From: Myxococcales bacterium
GTDB taxonomy: Bacteria > Myxococcota_A > Polyangia > Palsa-1104 > JAEUJZ01
Assembly (NCBI GenBank): GCA_016794505.1
Contig: JAEUJZ010000076.1
Coordinates: forward strand, 128,001-192,000
Length of the DNA: 64,000 nucleotides
Direction: 5' to 3'
Shown here: one piece after another, positions 49,264 to 60,639 of the stretch
How the letters are laid out: the number at the start of each line of letters is the position of its first letter
Position numbering within the stretch: the stretch's first letter is position 1
Program-made: the position numbers and the translations under genes
Notes under the pieces: generated by a model
Told to the model about the DNA's origin: nothing
Databases searched by the model: none
Seen by the model: the letters and a program-made list of their open reading frames with translations, nothing else

Positions 49264-50688
49264 GTGGCAATGCGTTTTTCCTTTCTGCATCGACTGCAAC
49301 GCCTGCGCTGCGTGCGTCTTTTCGTGTGGGCGCTAGGCAGCGCGATCGTGCCGTCCAGCTTGACCCACGCGGCCCCTTGTTCGGGCTCGATCGCTGCGAC
49401 CACGGTCGCCCCGTGTGCGGTGCAGAACAGCCCCGAGCTATGGGCGGCGCGACTGCAGCTTCAGGCTCTGGCGGCACAGCGCCGAAGCGCCCGCCGCATC
49501 CTGCCCAGCCACCCGCAGCTAAGCGTATCGCTCGCCGAGCGTCGCCCGTTTGCCAGCAGCGCCGCCATGCCGGACCAGACCTCGGTGCTCAACTGGTATC
49601 TGACCTTGAGCCAAGAGATCGAGATCGCCGGGCAGCGCGGCCTGCGCGTGGCAGCGATCGATGGCGAAGTGGCGGCGCAGCTACGCCGCGTCGCGGTGAT
49701 CGAGCAAGAGACCGCGGCGGCTGCGCTGCGTGCCTTTGCCGAGGTGCTGGCTGCCCGCGAAGAGCGGACCCTGACCGAGCGCGCAGCCGAAGTGGCCGCG
49801 ACCTTGAGCCGCTACACCGCAGCCCGCGCCGCGCAAGAGCTAGTCCCCAGCATCGAAGCCGATCTGGCCCGCGCCGAAGCGGCTCGCTGGCACCTTCTGC
49901 GCAGCGAAGTCGAGCAGCGCACGCGCAACGCTGAAGTGCTCCTGCGCCTGTCGCTTTTGCCCCTCAGCGAATCGGCTGCGGCACTCGATCCCCTTGCCTT
50001 GACTGGCCGCTTGGAAGACATCCTGCCCAGCGACAATCCAAGCCTGTCTGATCCTGCTCGTGCGCTGCCCATCGACGATGTCGAAGCGCGCCTGAAACAA
50101 GCCTTGCGCCTGCGCGCGGAACTGGATGTCGCCCGCTATGAAGTGCAAAGCAAACAAGCGCAGATGGATCTCTTGCGGCGCAGCCGGATTCCCAACCTGG
50201 CCCTGTCGTTCACCGCGCAGAGCGATGGCTTTGGCGAGCGCGTGCTAGGCGGTGGACTGAGCCTGCCCCTGCCCTTGCCCGAGCCCATCGGCCCAAGCAA
50301 AAGCGGAGAGGTCGCTGCCGCAGCGATTGCCGTCGAGCAGGCCAAGACCGACAGCGAAAGACGTCGGCGTCAAATTGCTCTCGAAGTCCATGTGGCGCTG
50401 TCCGCCGTGCAGGCCGCGCAGCGTGCGCTTTCACAGGTACCCAGCGACTTGTTGGCGCGAGCGCAGACCGATCTGTGGGCCATTGCCGAAGCCATTCGCG
50501 GCGGTCGTGTGTCCTTGCGCGAAGCCTTGCTGTGGCAGCGCGGCCTGCTCGATCTTTTGCAGCTACACCTGCGGGCTCGTCGAGACTATGCCCTCGCCCG
50601 CATCGAATTGCTGCGCGCAAGTGGCTTGCCGCTTCTGCAGGATTCTTTGCCAAAGGGTCCCGCGCACACGCAAGAGGAACCGCGATGA
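49264..50688 (+). CDS. TolC-family outer-membrane efflux protein (OMF)
   Basis: ~470 aa, signal peptide, two repeated coiled-coil/beta-barrel halves typical of OMF/CzcC-like proteins. Confidence 0.7.
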   Translation: MAMRFSFLHRLQRLRCVRLFVWALGSAIVPSSLTHAAPCSGSIAATTVAPCAVQNSPELWAARLQLQALAAQRRSARRILPSHPQLSVSLAERRPFASSAAMPDQTSVLNWYLTLSQEIEIAGQRGLRVAAIDGEVAAQLRRVAVIEQETAAAALRAFAEVLAAREERTLTERAAEVAATLSRYTAARAAQELVPSIEADLARAEAARWHLLRSEVEQRTRNAEVLLRLSLLPLSESAAALDPLALTGRLEDILPSDNPSLSDPARALPIDDVEARLKQALRLRAELDVARYEVQSKQAQMDLLRRSRIPNLALSFTAQSDGFGERVLGGGLSLPLPLPEPIGPSKSGEVAAAAIAVEQAKTDSERRRRQIALEVHVALSAVQAAQRALSQVPSDLLARAQTDLWAIAEAIRGGRVSLREALLWQRGLLDLLQLHLRARRDYALARIELLRASGLPLLQDSLPKGPAHTQEEPR

Positions 50689-51971
50689 GCCTTGCCCTTG
50701 TTCCGTCTCGCGCTGGATGGCGACGCAGTCGGCTGTGGCTGCTGTGCTGCCTGACCTGCATTTCGATCCACTGCAAAAGCTGTCGTGATTCAAACGATGG
50801 CAGCACGCCCGCAGAGACGACACAGCACAAGGATGAGCCGGCCCCGCATGAGAGCCTGCCGACCCGCGTCACGCTGAGCGCCGACGTCGAAAAAGCCGCT
50901 GGCATCCGCACGCAGCCCGTCACCGCCCAGGCCTTGCCAGCGACCGTCGAGATCGTCGGCGAGGTAGCAGCCGATCCCGATCGGGCGGCGCGCGTGACGG
51001 CACGCATCAGCGGACGCGTCGCATCGGTCCATGTGCGCGAAGGCGACCGTGTTCGTAGTGGAACCTTGCTGGCTGTGATCGAGTCGCTCGATCTGCTGCG
51101 CACGCGCGCCACACTGGTTGCGGCCCAGGCCCGCGAAAAGTCGGCGAGCGAAAACGCGGCGCGTCTGTCGACGCTGGTGCCGAGTGGCTTGGCCGCGCGC
51201 CAAGAAGTGCTGGGCGCCACCGCTGAATCGCAGGCGCTGCAAGCCGAAGCCAGCGCCGCAGCGCAGACCCTGCACGCCCTGGGAGCCAGCGCCGAAGGAC
51301 GTGGCAGCCGGCTGGAGCTACGCGCCCCCATCGACGGAGTGATCATCAGCCGCAGCGCCACGCTAGGTCAGAGCGTTGATCCCGCGCACGTGCTGTTCGA
51401 TCTCGCCGATCTTGAGCGTGCGCACTTTGTCGGTCGTCTGTTCGAAAAGAACCTGTCGCGCGTCCAGGTCGGTGCCACCGCCGAGGTGCGCTTGAACGCC
51501 TATCCGCAGCAGGTCTTTGTCGGCCACGTCGAGTCGCTCGGCCGGCAGCTCGATCCCATGGCGCGCACGGTGGTCGCGCGCTTGCGCATCGAAGACAAAA
51601 AAGACGCCGGGCGGTTGCGCATCGGACTCTTTGGCGTCGCGCGGATCTCTCTGCCCGACGAAGCCGGCCCCGAGTCTGCCGGCCGTGAGCCTGCGACCGC
51701 GGCCCCCCGCGATGGCGGCAGCGAGCCAGCGCGTAGCGGCAAAAAGCTGGTCGTGCCGCTTTCGGCGCTGTCGCGGATCACCGACCGCGATGTCGTGTTT
51801 GTCCGGCAGCCCGACGGCCACTTTGAAGTACACCCCGTCACGTTGGGGCGCACGGCATCCGGTCTGGTTGAAATCCTAAGTGGCCTGCGCCTTGGCGAGC
51901 AGGTCGTGATCGACGGCGCCTTTACCTTGAAGTCCGCTCTTCTGCGCTCAACGCTCGCGGAAGACGAGTAA
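50685..51971 (+). CDS. efflux RND/HlyD-family periplasmic adaptor (membrane fusion protein)
   Basis: ATG at 50685 overlaps the TolC stop (ATGA). Lipoyl/beta-barrel MFP motifs 'VEIVGEVAADPDRAARVTARISGRV', 'LRAPIDGVII', 'GEQVVIDG'. Confidence 0.75.
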   Translation: MSLALVPSRAGWRRSRLWLLCCLTCISIHCKSCRDSNDGSTPAETTQHKDEPAPHESLPTRVTLSADVEKAAGIRTQPVTAQALPATVEIVGEVAADPDRAARVTARISGRVASVHVREGDRVRSGTLLAVIESLDLLRTRATLVAAQAREKSASENAARLSTLVPSGLAARQEVLGATAESQALQAEASAAAQTLHALGASAEGRGSRLELRAPIDGVIISRSATLGQSVDPAHVLFDLADLERAHFVGRLFEKNLSRVQVGATAEVRLNAYPQQVFVGHVESLGRQLDPMARTVVARLRIEDKKDAGRLRIGLFGVARISLPDEAGPESAGREPATAAPRDGGSEPARSGKKLVVPLSALSRITDRDVVFVRQPDGHFEVHPVTLGRTASGLVEILSGLRLGEQVVIDGAFTLKSALLRSTLAEDE

Positions 51972-52070
51972 CGCAGAGTAACCAGGCGTCTACGTCCCAG
52001 GTTTTCCGTCGAGCCATAGCCTGCGGCACGCGCCCGCATGCGTAGTTGCGGCCCGCAGTGTAGGTATCTG

Positions 52071-55000
52071 CTAAGAGCGCTCGCCTGCAGCCCGCAGGCC
52101 GTGGCGACTCGCCGGCAGTCGTTCGACTGCGAAGGTGTGCGCGGCGATGACGCGGATCAGCGCGGCTGCCGTCGAAAGCGAGGTCAAGCACGGCACGCCA
52201 CACTCGACCGCGGCCCGCCGAATCGACAGCCCATCGCGGCGAGCGCGGCTCTTGCGCGAGGGCGTATTGACGACCAAGTGAACGCGGTGGCTTTCGATCA
52301 GATCCAGGATGTCGCGCGCACTGTCCTGCAGCTTGCCGACCGCTGTCACCGTCAGGCCATGTCGCGACAGGAACTGCTCGGTACCCGACGTGGCGTACAG
52401 ACGGAAGCCCAGGCCCGCAAGCTGACGAACCAGATCCAGCGCCTGCGCTTTGTCTTCATCGGCCACGGTGATCAGCGCAGCCCCCAGAAGCGGGATCTGC
52501 ATGCCGGCTGCGGCCAGGCCTTTGTACAGCGCTTTTTCCAGCGTGCGATCTTTGCCCATGACCTCGCCGGTCGACTTCATCTCGGGACCCAAGACCGCGT
52601 CGACATCGCGCAGCTTGCCCAAGCAGAACACCGGCACCTTGACCGCCACCTGTTCGTCGCTGGCCGGGTGCAGCCCCGGCGTCAGCGCAAGCTGTGACAG
52701 CGACTCGCCCAAGGCCAAGCGCGTGGCGAACGCCGCAAGGGGCAGGCCGGTCACCTTGCTTAAGAACGGTACCGTGCGCGAGGCGCGCGGGTTCACTTCC
52801 AGCACATACGTGCGCCCTTCATACAGCACAAACTGCAGGTTGATCAGGCCGCGCACTCCCAGCGCACAAGCCAGCCGCCGCGTCGCATCGACCAGTGTCT
52901 TGACCTGCTCGGACGCAAGCGACTGCGGCGGGTACACGCCGATCGAGTCGCCGCTGTGAACGCCTGCTTGCTCGATGTGTTCGATGATGCCGGGGATGAA
53001 GATGTCGCGACCATCGCACAGCGCATCGACTTCGACCTCGGTCCCCATCAGATAGCGATCGAGAAGCACCGGCTGACCAGGGCAGGCGCGCAGCGCGTGG
53101 CTCAAGTGAGTCTGCAGCTCGGACTCTTCATAGACGATGCGCATGGCGCGCCCGCCCAGAACATACGAAGGCCGCATGAGAAGCGGATACCCCAGCCGCT
53201 GCGCCGACCGCACGCCTTCATCCAGCGACGACACCGTGGCACCGGCCGGGCGCGCAATATTGAGCTCGCTGAGCAGCGACTCGAACAAGAAGCGATCTTC
53301 AGCGCGGGCGATGTCCGCAATCGCTGTTCCCAAGACCGGCAGCCCACGATCGCGCAGTCGAAAGCCCAGGTTCAGCGCCGTCTGTCCACCGAACTGCAGC
53401 AAGATGCCGTGCGGCTCTTCGGCTTCAATGACGCGCAGCACCGACTCGCTGTCGAGCGGCTCGAAGTACAGGCGGTCCGCGCGCTGCGCATCGGTCGACA
53501 CAGTCTCGGGGTTGTTGTTGACGATCACCGCTTCATAGCCCAGCGCCCGCAGCGTATCGACGGCGTGTACACACGAGCAGTCAAACTCGATGCCCTGGCC
53601 GATGCGGATCGGGCCCGAGCCAATCACGATGACACGACCCCGCGACGCAGCCTGCCCTGCGCGGTGCCGCGCACGCGTCGCTTCATCTTCTGCCGCCTGG
53701 TCACCCTGTCGCGCTTCATACGTGCTGTAGAAATAGGGCGTCTCGCTGGGGAACTCAGCCGCGCAGGTATCGACTTTTTTGTAGATCGCCGTGGTGCCTT
53801 CGTGCTGCCGCTGCGCAAAGACATCCGCCTCGCTGCGCTGGCTGTGACGCGCGATGGCAGCGTCGGAAAATCCCTGCTGCTTGGCCCGCAAAAGCAGCGA
53901 CGAGGGAAGCGGCATGTCGCGCGGCGTTTGGTGCAGATCGATCTCAGTCTGGATGATGCGTGCGAGCTTGCGCAGGAACAGCCGATCGATGCCGGTCAAC
54001 GTGTGCAGCGCATCGATTTCGACATCGCGCCGCAGCGCTTCGGCAAGCAGAAACAGCCGCTCATCGGTGGCCGTGCGCAAGCGGTCGAGCAGGCTCAGCG
54101 TGCTCGCCTCGCGCAGGCTGGGCAGCTCGATGTGATCGACGCCCGACAGCTCCAGCGAGCGCACCGCCTTGAGCAACGACTCTTCAAAGCTGCGACCCAG
54201 CGCCATCACTTCGCCGGTCGACTTCATCTGCGTACCCAGCCGCCGATCCGCCTGTTCGAACTTGTCAAACGGCCAGCGCGGGATCTTGCAGACCACATAG
54301 TCGATCGTCGGTTCAAACAGAGCCGAGCTGGTCTGCGTAATCGGATTCCTCAGCTCGTGCAGCTGAAAGCCGACCGCGATCAGCGTGGCCAAGCGCGCGA
54401 TCGGATAGCCCGTTGCCTTCGAGGCCAGAGCACTCGATCGCGAGACACGGGGGTTCACTTCGATGACGTAGTAGCGATCACTGCTTGCATCCAGCGCCAA
54501 CTGGACGTTGCAGCCCCCTTCGATCCCCAGCGCCCGCACGATGTGCAGCGATGCACTGCGCAGCATCTGATGCTGACGATCCGTCAAGGTCAGGGTCGGT
54601 GCCACCACGATCGAGTCGCCGGTATGCACGCCCACCGGATCGACGTTTTCCATGCCGCAGACGATCACCGCGCTGCCGCTGCGATCGCGCAGCACTTCGT
54701 ATTCGATCTCTTTGTACCCCGCGATGCTGCGCTCGATCAGACACTGCCGAATCGGCGACTGCCGCAGCCCAGACAAGAGCACATTGGCCAGCTCTTCATC
54801 GTTGCTGGCGAAGCCGCCTCCCGATCCGCCGAGCGTAAACGCCGGTCGCACAACCAGTGGATACCCGACCTCGCGCGCAAAGCTCAGCGCTTGTTCCAGT
54901 GTCTGCACCGTCGTGCTTTCGGGCACAGGCTCGCCGATCTCGTGCATCAGCGTGCGAAACAGCTCGCGATCTTCGCCGCGGCGAATCGCTTCCAGCGGCG

Positions 55001-55352
55001 TTCCCACGAGCTCGACACCCTCTTCGCGCAAGACGCCGGTCTGGGAAAGCTGCAGCGCCAGATTCAGACCTGTCTGCCCACCGAGTGTGGCCAGGACGCC
55101 CTGCGGTCGCTCTTTGCGCAGCACGCGCGCCAGAAAATCAACCGACAGCGGCTCAATGTACACCGCGTCCGCGGACACAGTATCGGTCATGATCGTCGCT
55201 GGATTGCTGTTGCACAGCACGACTTCGATGCCGACTTCACGCAGGGCCTGGCAAGCCTGCGTACCGGAATAGTCGAACTCGGCCCCCTGTGCGATGACGA
55301 TGGGGCCCGAGCCGATGACCAAGACCTTGCGAAGTGCGGTATTTAGCGGCAC
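52071..55352 (-). CDS. carB: carbamoyl-phosphate synthase large subunit
   Basis: Two ATP-grasp halves and an MGS-like C-terminus; '[21 protein letters not shown]'. GTG start at 55352 (GGAG 7 nt upstream) overlaps the carA stop. Confidence 0.95.
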   Translation of the reverse strand: MPLNTALRKVLVIGSGPIVIAQGAEFDYSGTQACQALREVGIEVVLCNSNPATIMTDTVSADAVYIEPLSVDFLARVLRKERPQGVLATLGGQTGLNLALQLSQTGVLREEGVELVGTPLEAIRRGEDRELFRTLMHEIGEPVPESTTVQTLEQALSFAREVGYPLVVRPAFTLGGSGGGFASNDEELANVLLSGLRQSPIRQCLIERSIAGYKEIEYEVLRDRSGSAVIVCGMENVDPVGVHTGDSIVVAPTLTLTDRQHQMLRSASLHIVRALGIEGGCNVQLALDASSDRYYVIEVNPRVSRSSALASKATGYPIARLATLIAVGFQLHELRNPITQTSSALFEPTIDYVVCKIPRWPFDKFEQADRRLGTQMKSTGEVMALGRSFEESLLKAVRSLELSGVDHIELPSLREASTLSLLDRLRTATDERLFLLAEALRRDVEIDALHTLTGIDRLFLRKLARIIQTEIDLHQTPRDMPLPSSLLLRAKQQGFSDAAIARHSQRSEADVFAQRQHEGTTAIYKKVDTCAAEFPSETPYFYSTYEARQGDQAAEDEATRARHRAGQAASRGRVIVIGSGPIRIGQGIEFDCSCVHAVDTLRALGYEAVIVNNNPETVSTDAQRADRLYFEPLDSESVLRVIEAEEPHGILLQFGGQTALNLGFRLRDRGLPVLGTAIADIARAEDRFLFESLLSELNIARPAGATVSSLDEGVRSAQRLGYPLLMRPSYVLGGRAMRIVYEESELQTHLSHALRACPGQPVLLDRYLMGTEVEVDALCDGRDIFIPGIIEHIEQAGVHSGDSIGVYPPQSLASEQVKTLVDATRRLACALGVRGLINLQFVLYEGRTYVLEVNPRASRTVPFLSKVTGLPLAAFATRLALGESLSQLALTPGLHPASDEQVAVKVPVFCLGKLRDVDAVLGPEMKSTGEVMGKDRTLEKALYKGLAAAGMQIPLLGAALITVADEDKAQALDLVRQLAGLGFRLYATSGTEQFLSRHGLTVTAVGKLQDSARDILDLIESHRVHLVVNTPSRKSRARRDGLSIRRAAVECGVPCLTSLSTAAALIRVIAAHTFAVERLPASRHGLRAAGERS

Positions 55353-56452
55353 GGCTGCTCCATGGCGGCGCGTCGACCTGCCAGCGCACGCACGAACTCG
55401 TCGAACAAAAAGCGCGGATCCTGCGGCCCCGGACCCGCTTCCGGGTGAAACTGCACCGACCAAGCCGGCAAGCGCGTATGCCGCAGCCCTTCGATGCAGC
55501 CATCGTTCAGATCGCGAAAGGTGACGCGCAGCTCGCTGCCCACAAGCGACGACTCGGTCACGGCATAGCCGTGATTGTGGGCCGCGATCGCGGACTGACC
55601 GGTCTCGCTGTCGAACACCGATCGATTGCAGCCGCGGTGCCCGTGATGCAGCTTCTCGGTCGCTGCCCCATTGGCCAGCGCGAATAGCTGATGTCCCAGA
55701 CAGATGCCCAGAAGCGGTGCGTGTTCTTGCAGCGCGCGAATGGTCGGCAAGACCGCATCGACATCCGCGGCCAGTGCGCTGGGATCCCCTGGACCGTTCG
55801 ATAACACGATGCCGTCGGGCTGACTGGCCAAGATCTCTGACGCTGCCACGTCGTGTGGAAACACCGTGACGGCACAGCCGCGATCCAAGAGCGCACGCAC
55901 GATGCCGCGCTTGCAGCCATAGTCGATCAGCGCAACATGCGGGCCGGCATTGGGATGCTGCTGGCGCAGTGTGGTGCTGACCTGCGAAACGTGGTCGCGC
56001 GCAAGCGGCTGGGACAGCGCGGCCAGCAGCCGATCGTGCGCGACGTGATCGCCCGACAGCGCTGCGCGCAGCGTGCCGTGATTGCGCAGACGCTGGGTCA
56101 GGGCTCGCGTGTCGATGCCAGAAAGACCCGGCACGCGCTGCTGACGCAGATACTCCGGCAGACTTAGCTGGCTGCGATAGTGCGAGGGAATCTCTTCGAC
56201 CTCGCGCACCACCAAGCCTGAAAGATACGCGTGCGCGCTCTCGGCATCGTGGTGATTGATGCCGGTGTTTCCGATCAGCGGAAACGTCATCAGCACGATC
56301 TGGCGAAAGTACGAAGGATCGGTCAGCACCTCTTCATAGCCAGTCTGCCCAGTGCAAAACACCAGCTCAGCCAGCACCCACTCGTCCTCGCGCAGCGAGT
56401 GACCAAAGGCGGTGCCGACAAACACATCGCCGCTCTCAAGGGTCAGCTTCAT
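55343..56452 (-). CDS. carA: carbamoyl-phosphate synthase small subunit (glutamine amidotransferase)
   Basis: CarA N-domain plus class-I GATase 'GICLGHQL' and 'HNHGYAV'. Confidence 0.95.
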   Translation of the reverse strand: MKLTLESGDVFVGTAFGHSLREDEWVLAELVFCTGQTGYEEVLTDPSYFRQIVLMTFPLIGNTGINHHDAESAHAYLSGLVVREVEEIPSHYRSQLSLPEYLRQQRVPGLSGIDTRALTQRLRNHGTLRAALSGDHVAHDRLLAALSQPLARDHVSQVSTTLRQQHPNAGPHVALIDYGCKRGIVRALLDRGCAVTVFPHDVAASEILASQPDGIVLSNGPGDPSALAADVDAVLPTIRALQEHAPLLGICLGHQLFALANGAATEKLHHGHRGCNRSVFDSETGQSAIAAHNHGYAVTESSLVGSELRVTFRDLNDGCIEGLRHTRLPAWSVQFHPEAGPGPQDPRFLFDEFVRALAGRRAAMEQPCR

Positions 56453-57796
56453 CTAGATTTCCTCGACGGGAAAGGTCGACAGTTCCGAGTACACGACGCG
56501 ACCCCCGGCCACCGTGCAGACCGGCCAGCCGCGGACCGACTGCGACATAAACGGGGTGTTGCGACTCTTGCTGCGTAGCTCGGCATCACAGATCGGACGC
56601 GTCGTGTGCAGATCGACCAGCGTCAGGTTCGCCTCGGATCCGACCTGCAGCGAAGGCGCTGGGATGCGCAAGAGGTGCGCCGGACCAGTCGACAAGAGCT
56701 GCACCAGACGCGCAAGCGACAGCAACCTCGGCTCAACCAAGCGCGTGTAAAGCAGCGGCAGAGCCGTCTCAAGCCCGATCACGCCAAACGGTGCCTGCAA
56801 AAGGCCGCGCGCTTTTTCGGTCGGCGTATGCGGTGCGTGATCGGTCGCGATGGCATCCACGGTTCCATCGATCAAGCCGGCCACCAGCGCGCTGCGATCG
56901 TCCTCGCTGCGCAGCGGTGGGTTCATCTTGTAGTTGCCGTCATCGCCGAGGATGTTGGCATCGCAGAGCAGCACGTGATGCGGAGTCACCTCGCAGGTCA
57001 CGGCTTGACCGCGCGCCTTGGCTTCACGCACCAAGCGCAGGCTCTGCGCGCAGCTCAAGTGGCAGACGTGATACCGCGCCGAAGTTCGCTCAGCGAGCAC
57101 GATATCGCGCGCCACATGAGCCGACTCTGACTCGGCTGGAATGCCGATCAGACAGCGATCGATCGCCGCGCACCCTTCATGGATCACGCCACCGTGCGAA
57201 AGCGACTCGTCTTCGCAGTGTGCGAACAGCGGCAAGCCCACCTCGCCGGCCCGCCGCAGCGCCGCCCGCATCACGCTGGCGCGCTGGATGCCGCGTCCAT
57301 CATCCGACAGCGCGACGGCCCCGGCTGCTTTGAGCGCGGCAAAGTCCGTCAGCTCTTCCCCTGCACTGCCCTGCGTCACCGCCGCGATGATGCCAACCCC
57401 GATGACGGCGTCTTCGGCGATCCGCTGGCGTAGCTCGCGCAGTGTCTCGGTGCTGTCCAGAACCGGCCGCGTGTTGGGCATGCACGCGACATAGGTAAAG
57501 CCGCCACGCGCCGCTGCCTGGGTGCCGGTTCGCAGCGTCTCTTTGTGGGTCTGACCTGGCTCGCGCAAGTGGACGTGCATGTCGACCAGACCAGGCAGAC
57601 ACAAAAGGCCGCCCGCTTCGACGATACGCGCTGTGGGCTGCGGCAGCGCGCCGCTTCCGGCTTCGGCAATTGCCGTGATGCGACCCGCACACAGCGTGAT
57701 GTCGACCGCTGCCAGCGCAGGTTGACTGGACGTGCCGCGCAGCATCGTTGCGCCGCGCAGCAGCGCCGTGGCCGGCGTAGCGTGAAACAGCGTCAC
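56453..57796 (-). CDS. pyrC: dihydroorotase
   Basis: 'VDMHVHLREPG' metal-binding motif. GTG start at 57796 overlaps the pyrB stop (GTGA); the longer ORF to 57817 is an alternative. Confidence 0.85.
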   Translation of the reverse strand: MTLFHATPATALLRGATMLRGTSSQPALAAVDITLCAGRITAIAEAGSGALPQPTARIVEAGGLLCLPGLVDMHVHLREPGQTHKETLRTGTQAAARGGFTYVACMPNTRPVLDSTETLRELRQRIAEDAVIGVGIIAAVTQGSAGEELTDFAALKAAGAVALSDDGRGIQRASVMRAALRRAGEVGLPLFAHCEDESLSHGGVIHEGCAAIDRCLIGIPAESESAHVARDIVLAERTSARYHVCHLSCAQSLRLVREAKARGQAVTCEVTPHHVLLCDANILGDDGNYKMNPPLRSEDDRSALVAGLIDGTVDAIATDHAPHTPTEKARGLLQAPFGVIGLETALPLLYTRLVEPRLLSLARLVQLLSTGPAHLLRIPAPSLQVGSEANLTLVDLHTTRPICDAELRSKSRNTPFMSQSVRGWPVCTVAGGRVVYSELSTFPVEEI

Positions 57797-58854
57797 GGCA
57801 GCACCCCCGCGATCCATTCCAGCGTGGCCATGCGGATGTACAGACCGTTGCGCACCTGCTGCAGGATCTGCGACCGTGGATGATCGACCAAGGTCCCTTC
57901 GATCTCGACATCGCGGTTCACGGGACCGGGATGCAGAATCAGGCAGCTCGGCTTGGCGCGCTCGAAGCGCTCTTGGGTCAAGCCATGGGCATGCAAAAAG
58001 GACGTCGCCTCAGCGGCACGCAGCACTGCAGCATCGGCCAGGCCCGCCCTCTCATGACGCTCGCGCTGCACGCGCAGGCACATGATCGCGTCGGCTTGCG
58101 GGATCGCGTCGGAAAACGCACAGACCTGTGCGCCTGCAAGCTGCGCAAGCTCTGCATCAGAGGGCAGAAGATCGGCAGGGCCCGACAACAACACACGCGC
58201 CCCAAAGCGGGCCAAGAGCCGCGCGTTCGAGCGCGCCACGCGACTGTGCAAGATATCGCCGTGGATGACGATGACGCGATCCTGCAAGCTGCCGAGCTGC
58301 TGCCAGAGCGTATAGGCATCCAACAGCGCCTGCGTCGGGTGCGCCTCGGTACCGTTGCCGGCGTTGAGCAGCGACAGACCAACCTGCGGACCCAGGTTGC
58401 TGAACACCGCGTTGTCGCGATGGCGAACCACGGCCATGGTCGCACCCATCGCCGCCAATGTCTGCAGCGTATCGACCAGTGACTCGGACTTTTCCAGGCT
58501 CGATCGGCTGACATCCAGCGGCAACGTCAACGCCCCCAAGCGCTGCGCCGCGAGCTCAAACGAAAGCCGCGTGCGCGTGCTCGCTTCAAAAAACAGCGTG
58601 GCGACGACATGGCCGCGCAGGGTGCCAAAGAGCTGCGTGCCGATGCCGCGCTGCTCGCGCTGCTGCAGCTCTTTGGCGCGCTGCCACATGCGCTGCACCA
58701 CGTCATCGTCCAAGTCGCCGACATCGATCAAGTGATGGCGCCGGGCTCGCACCTCAAGCGGTCCCATGTCGCCGTGTGTCCGGCGTGGCTCCATCGCCTG
58801 CGGCGCTGCATGCTGCGCTGTGGTCTCGGGTTCTTGTGGGGCAAGCAGGCTCAT
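57793..58854 (-). CDS. pyrB: aspartate carbamoyltransferase catalytic subunit
   Basis: 'STRTR' and 'HPTQ' motifs. ATG at 58854 overlaps the purK stop (ATGA). Confidence 0.9.
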   Translation of the reverse strand: MSLLAPQEPETTAQHAAPQAMEPRRTHGDMGPLEVRARRHHLIDVGDLDDDVVQRMWQRAKELQQREQRGIGTQLFGTLRGHVVATLFFEASTRTRLSFELAAQRLGALTLPLDVSRSSLEKSESLVDTLQTLAAMGATMAVVRHRDNAVFSNLGPQVGLSLLNAGNGTEAHPTQALLDAYTLWQQLGSLQDRVIVIHGDILHSRVARSNARLLARFGARVLLSGPADLLPSDAELAQLAGAQVCAFSDAIPQADAIMCLRVQRERHERAGLADAAVLRAAEATSFLHAHGLTQERFERAKPSCLILHPGPVNRDVEIEGTLVDHPRSQILQQVRNGLYIRMATLEWIAGVLP

Positions 58855-60050
58855 GTCGTTGGGGTCTCCTGCGTTTTGGCACGCTCGGCTCTCAGAAGCT
58901 GCAGCGCCGACAGCACACGACGAAGCGCCTGCTCCGAGGTCTCGCCAAGCGCGGACAAGTGGCCCATTTTTCGCCCTGGCCTGGGCACGCGCTTTTCGTA
59001 CAGGTGCAAGCGCAGCGTCGGCACGGTCAACGCAAGCGCCAGATCGAGCGGCGCGTTCCCCACATCCTCGGGCAGCCAGAGATCGCCAAACAGATTGACG
59101 ATGGCAGCCGGCCGCAAAAGCGAGACATCGGCCAGGGGCAGATCGCAGACTGCACGCACGTGCTGCTCGAACTGACTGCTGCTGCAGGCGCGCTCGGTGG
59201 CGTGAAAGGTATTGTGCGGTCGCGCGGCCAGCTCGTTTATGAACAGCTCGCCCTGTTGTGTCAGAAACAGCTCAACGGCCAGCAGTCCTTCCAGCTTCAG
59301 CGTCGCTGCCAGATCTCCAGCCAGCTGATCGATGCGCGCCGCAAGCGAAGGCGATACGACATCCTGCGGCGCCGGTAATACACTCCAGCGCAGAACGCGC
59401 TCGGCATGGTGATTGAGCGCGATGGGAAAGATGCGCTGCTCACCGCTGGGCCGACGCGCAATTAGAACCGACAGCTCGTGCGCCAAACGCAGCTTGCTCT
59501 CGACGATGCTGGGCCTCTCGCCCACCGCCTGCCACGCGGCCTCTGCTTCGTCTGCACCCTGCGCGATGTACTGCCCGCGGCCGTCATAGCCACCCCGCGC
59601 GCACTTCACAAAGCACGGCATGGCCAGCGTGGCCAAGGCCTGACGCAGTGTGTCCAGATCCGCAGCGGGCGCGAACGGAGCCACCGGAAATCCATGGCTC
59701 TGAAGCCACGACTTCTGCGCAGCGCGATCTTGGATCATGCGCAGGATCGACTCGCTTGGACGCAGCGGCGCAAAGGCTGACACCGCGTGCAACACGTCGG
59801 GGGACAGCCCTTCGACATCGATCGTCACAACGTCGCATCCACGCGCAAACCCCGCGGCGGCCCGCGCATCGTGCAGCTCGGCACTGATGCAGGAATCAAC
59901 CACGAAGCGTGCCGGGCACGCCGGATCAGGGTCTAGCACCTGCACGCGATAGCCATAGCTCCGTGCCGCCATCGCCGTCATGCGGCCGAGCTGACCGCCG
60001 CCCAGGATGCCGATCACCGATCCCGGTCGGATGGGCTTGCCGTCTTTCAT
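58851..60050 (-). CDS. purK: N5-carboxyaminoimidazole ribonucleotide synthase
   Basis: ATP-grasp fold, '[12 protein letters not shown]' N-terminus. Confidence 0.9.
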   Translation of the reverse strand: MKDGKPIRPGSVIGILGGGQLGRMTAMAARSYGYRVQVLDPDPACPARFVVDSCISAELHDARAAAGFARGCDVVTIDVEGLSPDVLHAVSAFAPLRPSESILRMIQDRAAQKSWLQSHGFPVAPFAPAADLDTLRQALATLAMPCFVKCARGGYDGRGQYIAQGADEAEAAWQAVGERPSIVESKLRLAHELSVLIARRPSGEQRIFPIALNHHAERVLRWSVLPAPQDVVSPSLAARIDQLAGDLAATLKLEGLLAVELFLTQQGELFINELAARPHNTFHATERACSSSQFEQHVRAVCDLPLADVSLLRPAAIVNLFGDLWLPEDVGNAPLDLALALTVPTLRLHLYEKRVPRPGRKMGHLSALGETSEQALRRVLSALQLLRAERAKTQETPTT

Positions 60051-60637
60051 CGTCGCTCCTCGGGCTGTGGCGCGTGTAGCTGCATGTTGAGCACTTCATC
60101 GCGCCTGGCTTCGCGGTACGCGCGCAGGCGATCGCGCAGAGTCGCGTCGGAAAGCGCCAGGATCTCAGCGGCAAGAAGCGCGGCATTGCTCGCGCCGGCT
60201 TCGCCAAGGGCCAGGGTTCCGACCGGCACCCCGCGCGGCATCTGCACGATCGAAAGCAGCGCATCCATGCCCTGCAGCGGACCGATGGGAATCGGCACAC
60301 CCAACACCGGCAACAGCGTCAGCGCAGCGACCATGCCAGGCAAGTGTGCAGCGCCTCCGGCACCTGCGATCAGCACATGCAAGCCGCGCGCTTGCGCAGT
60401 CTGCGCATACTCAACCATGGCCTGCGGCGTCCGATGTGCCGAGACCACGCGCGCTTCGTACGAAATGCCCAGCGCTTGCAAGAGCTGCGCTGCGTGCTGC
60501 AGAACCGCCCAGTCGGTCTTGCTGCCCATGATGACGCCGACGCAAGGAGATCCTTCTTTAGGATCGCGCGGTGCTGCGATGGCTTCGCGATCTGCGATGT
60601 CTTCGTTTCTAGCGTGCATGTCGTTCCGCGTGCCCAT
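60047..60637 (-). CDS. purE: N5-carboxyaminoimidazole ribonucleotide mutase
   Basis: '[11 protein letters not shown]' and '[13 protein letters not shown]'. Stop overlaps the purK start (ATGA). The start could instead be the internal Met at 60619. Confidence 0.9.
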   Translation of the reverse strand: MGTRNDMHARNEDIADREAIAAPRDPKEGSPCVGVIMGSKTDWAVLQHAAQLLQALGISYEARVVSAHRTPQAMVEYAQTAQARGLHVLIAGAGGAAHLPGMVAALTLLPVLGVPIPIGPLQGMDALLSIVQMPRGVPVGTLALGEAGASNAALLAAEILALSDATLRDRLRAYREARRDEVLNMQLHAPQPEERR

Positions 60638-60639
60638 GG

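Noticed and set aside
52956-55346. 796-aa plus-strand ORF opposite carB
   Set aside because: Antisense to an unambiguous carB. Low-complexity Arg/Gln/Ala-rich sequence with no motifs.
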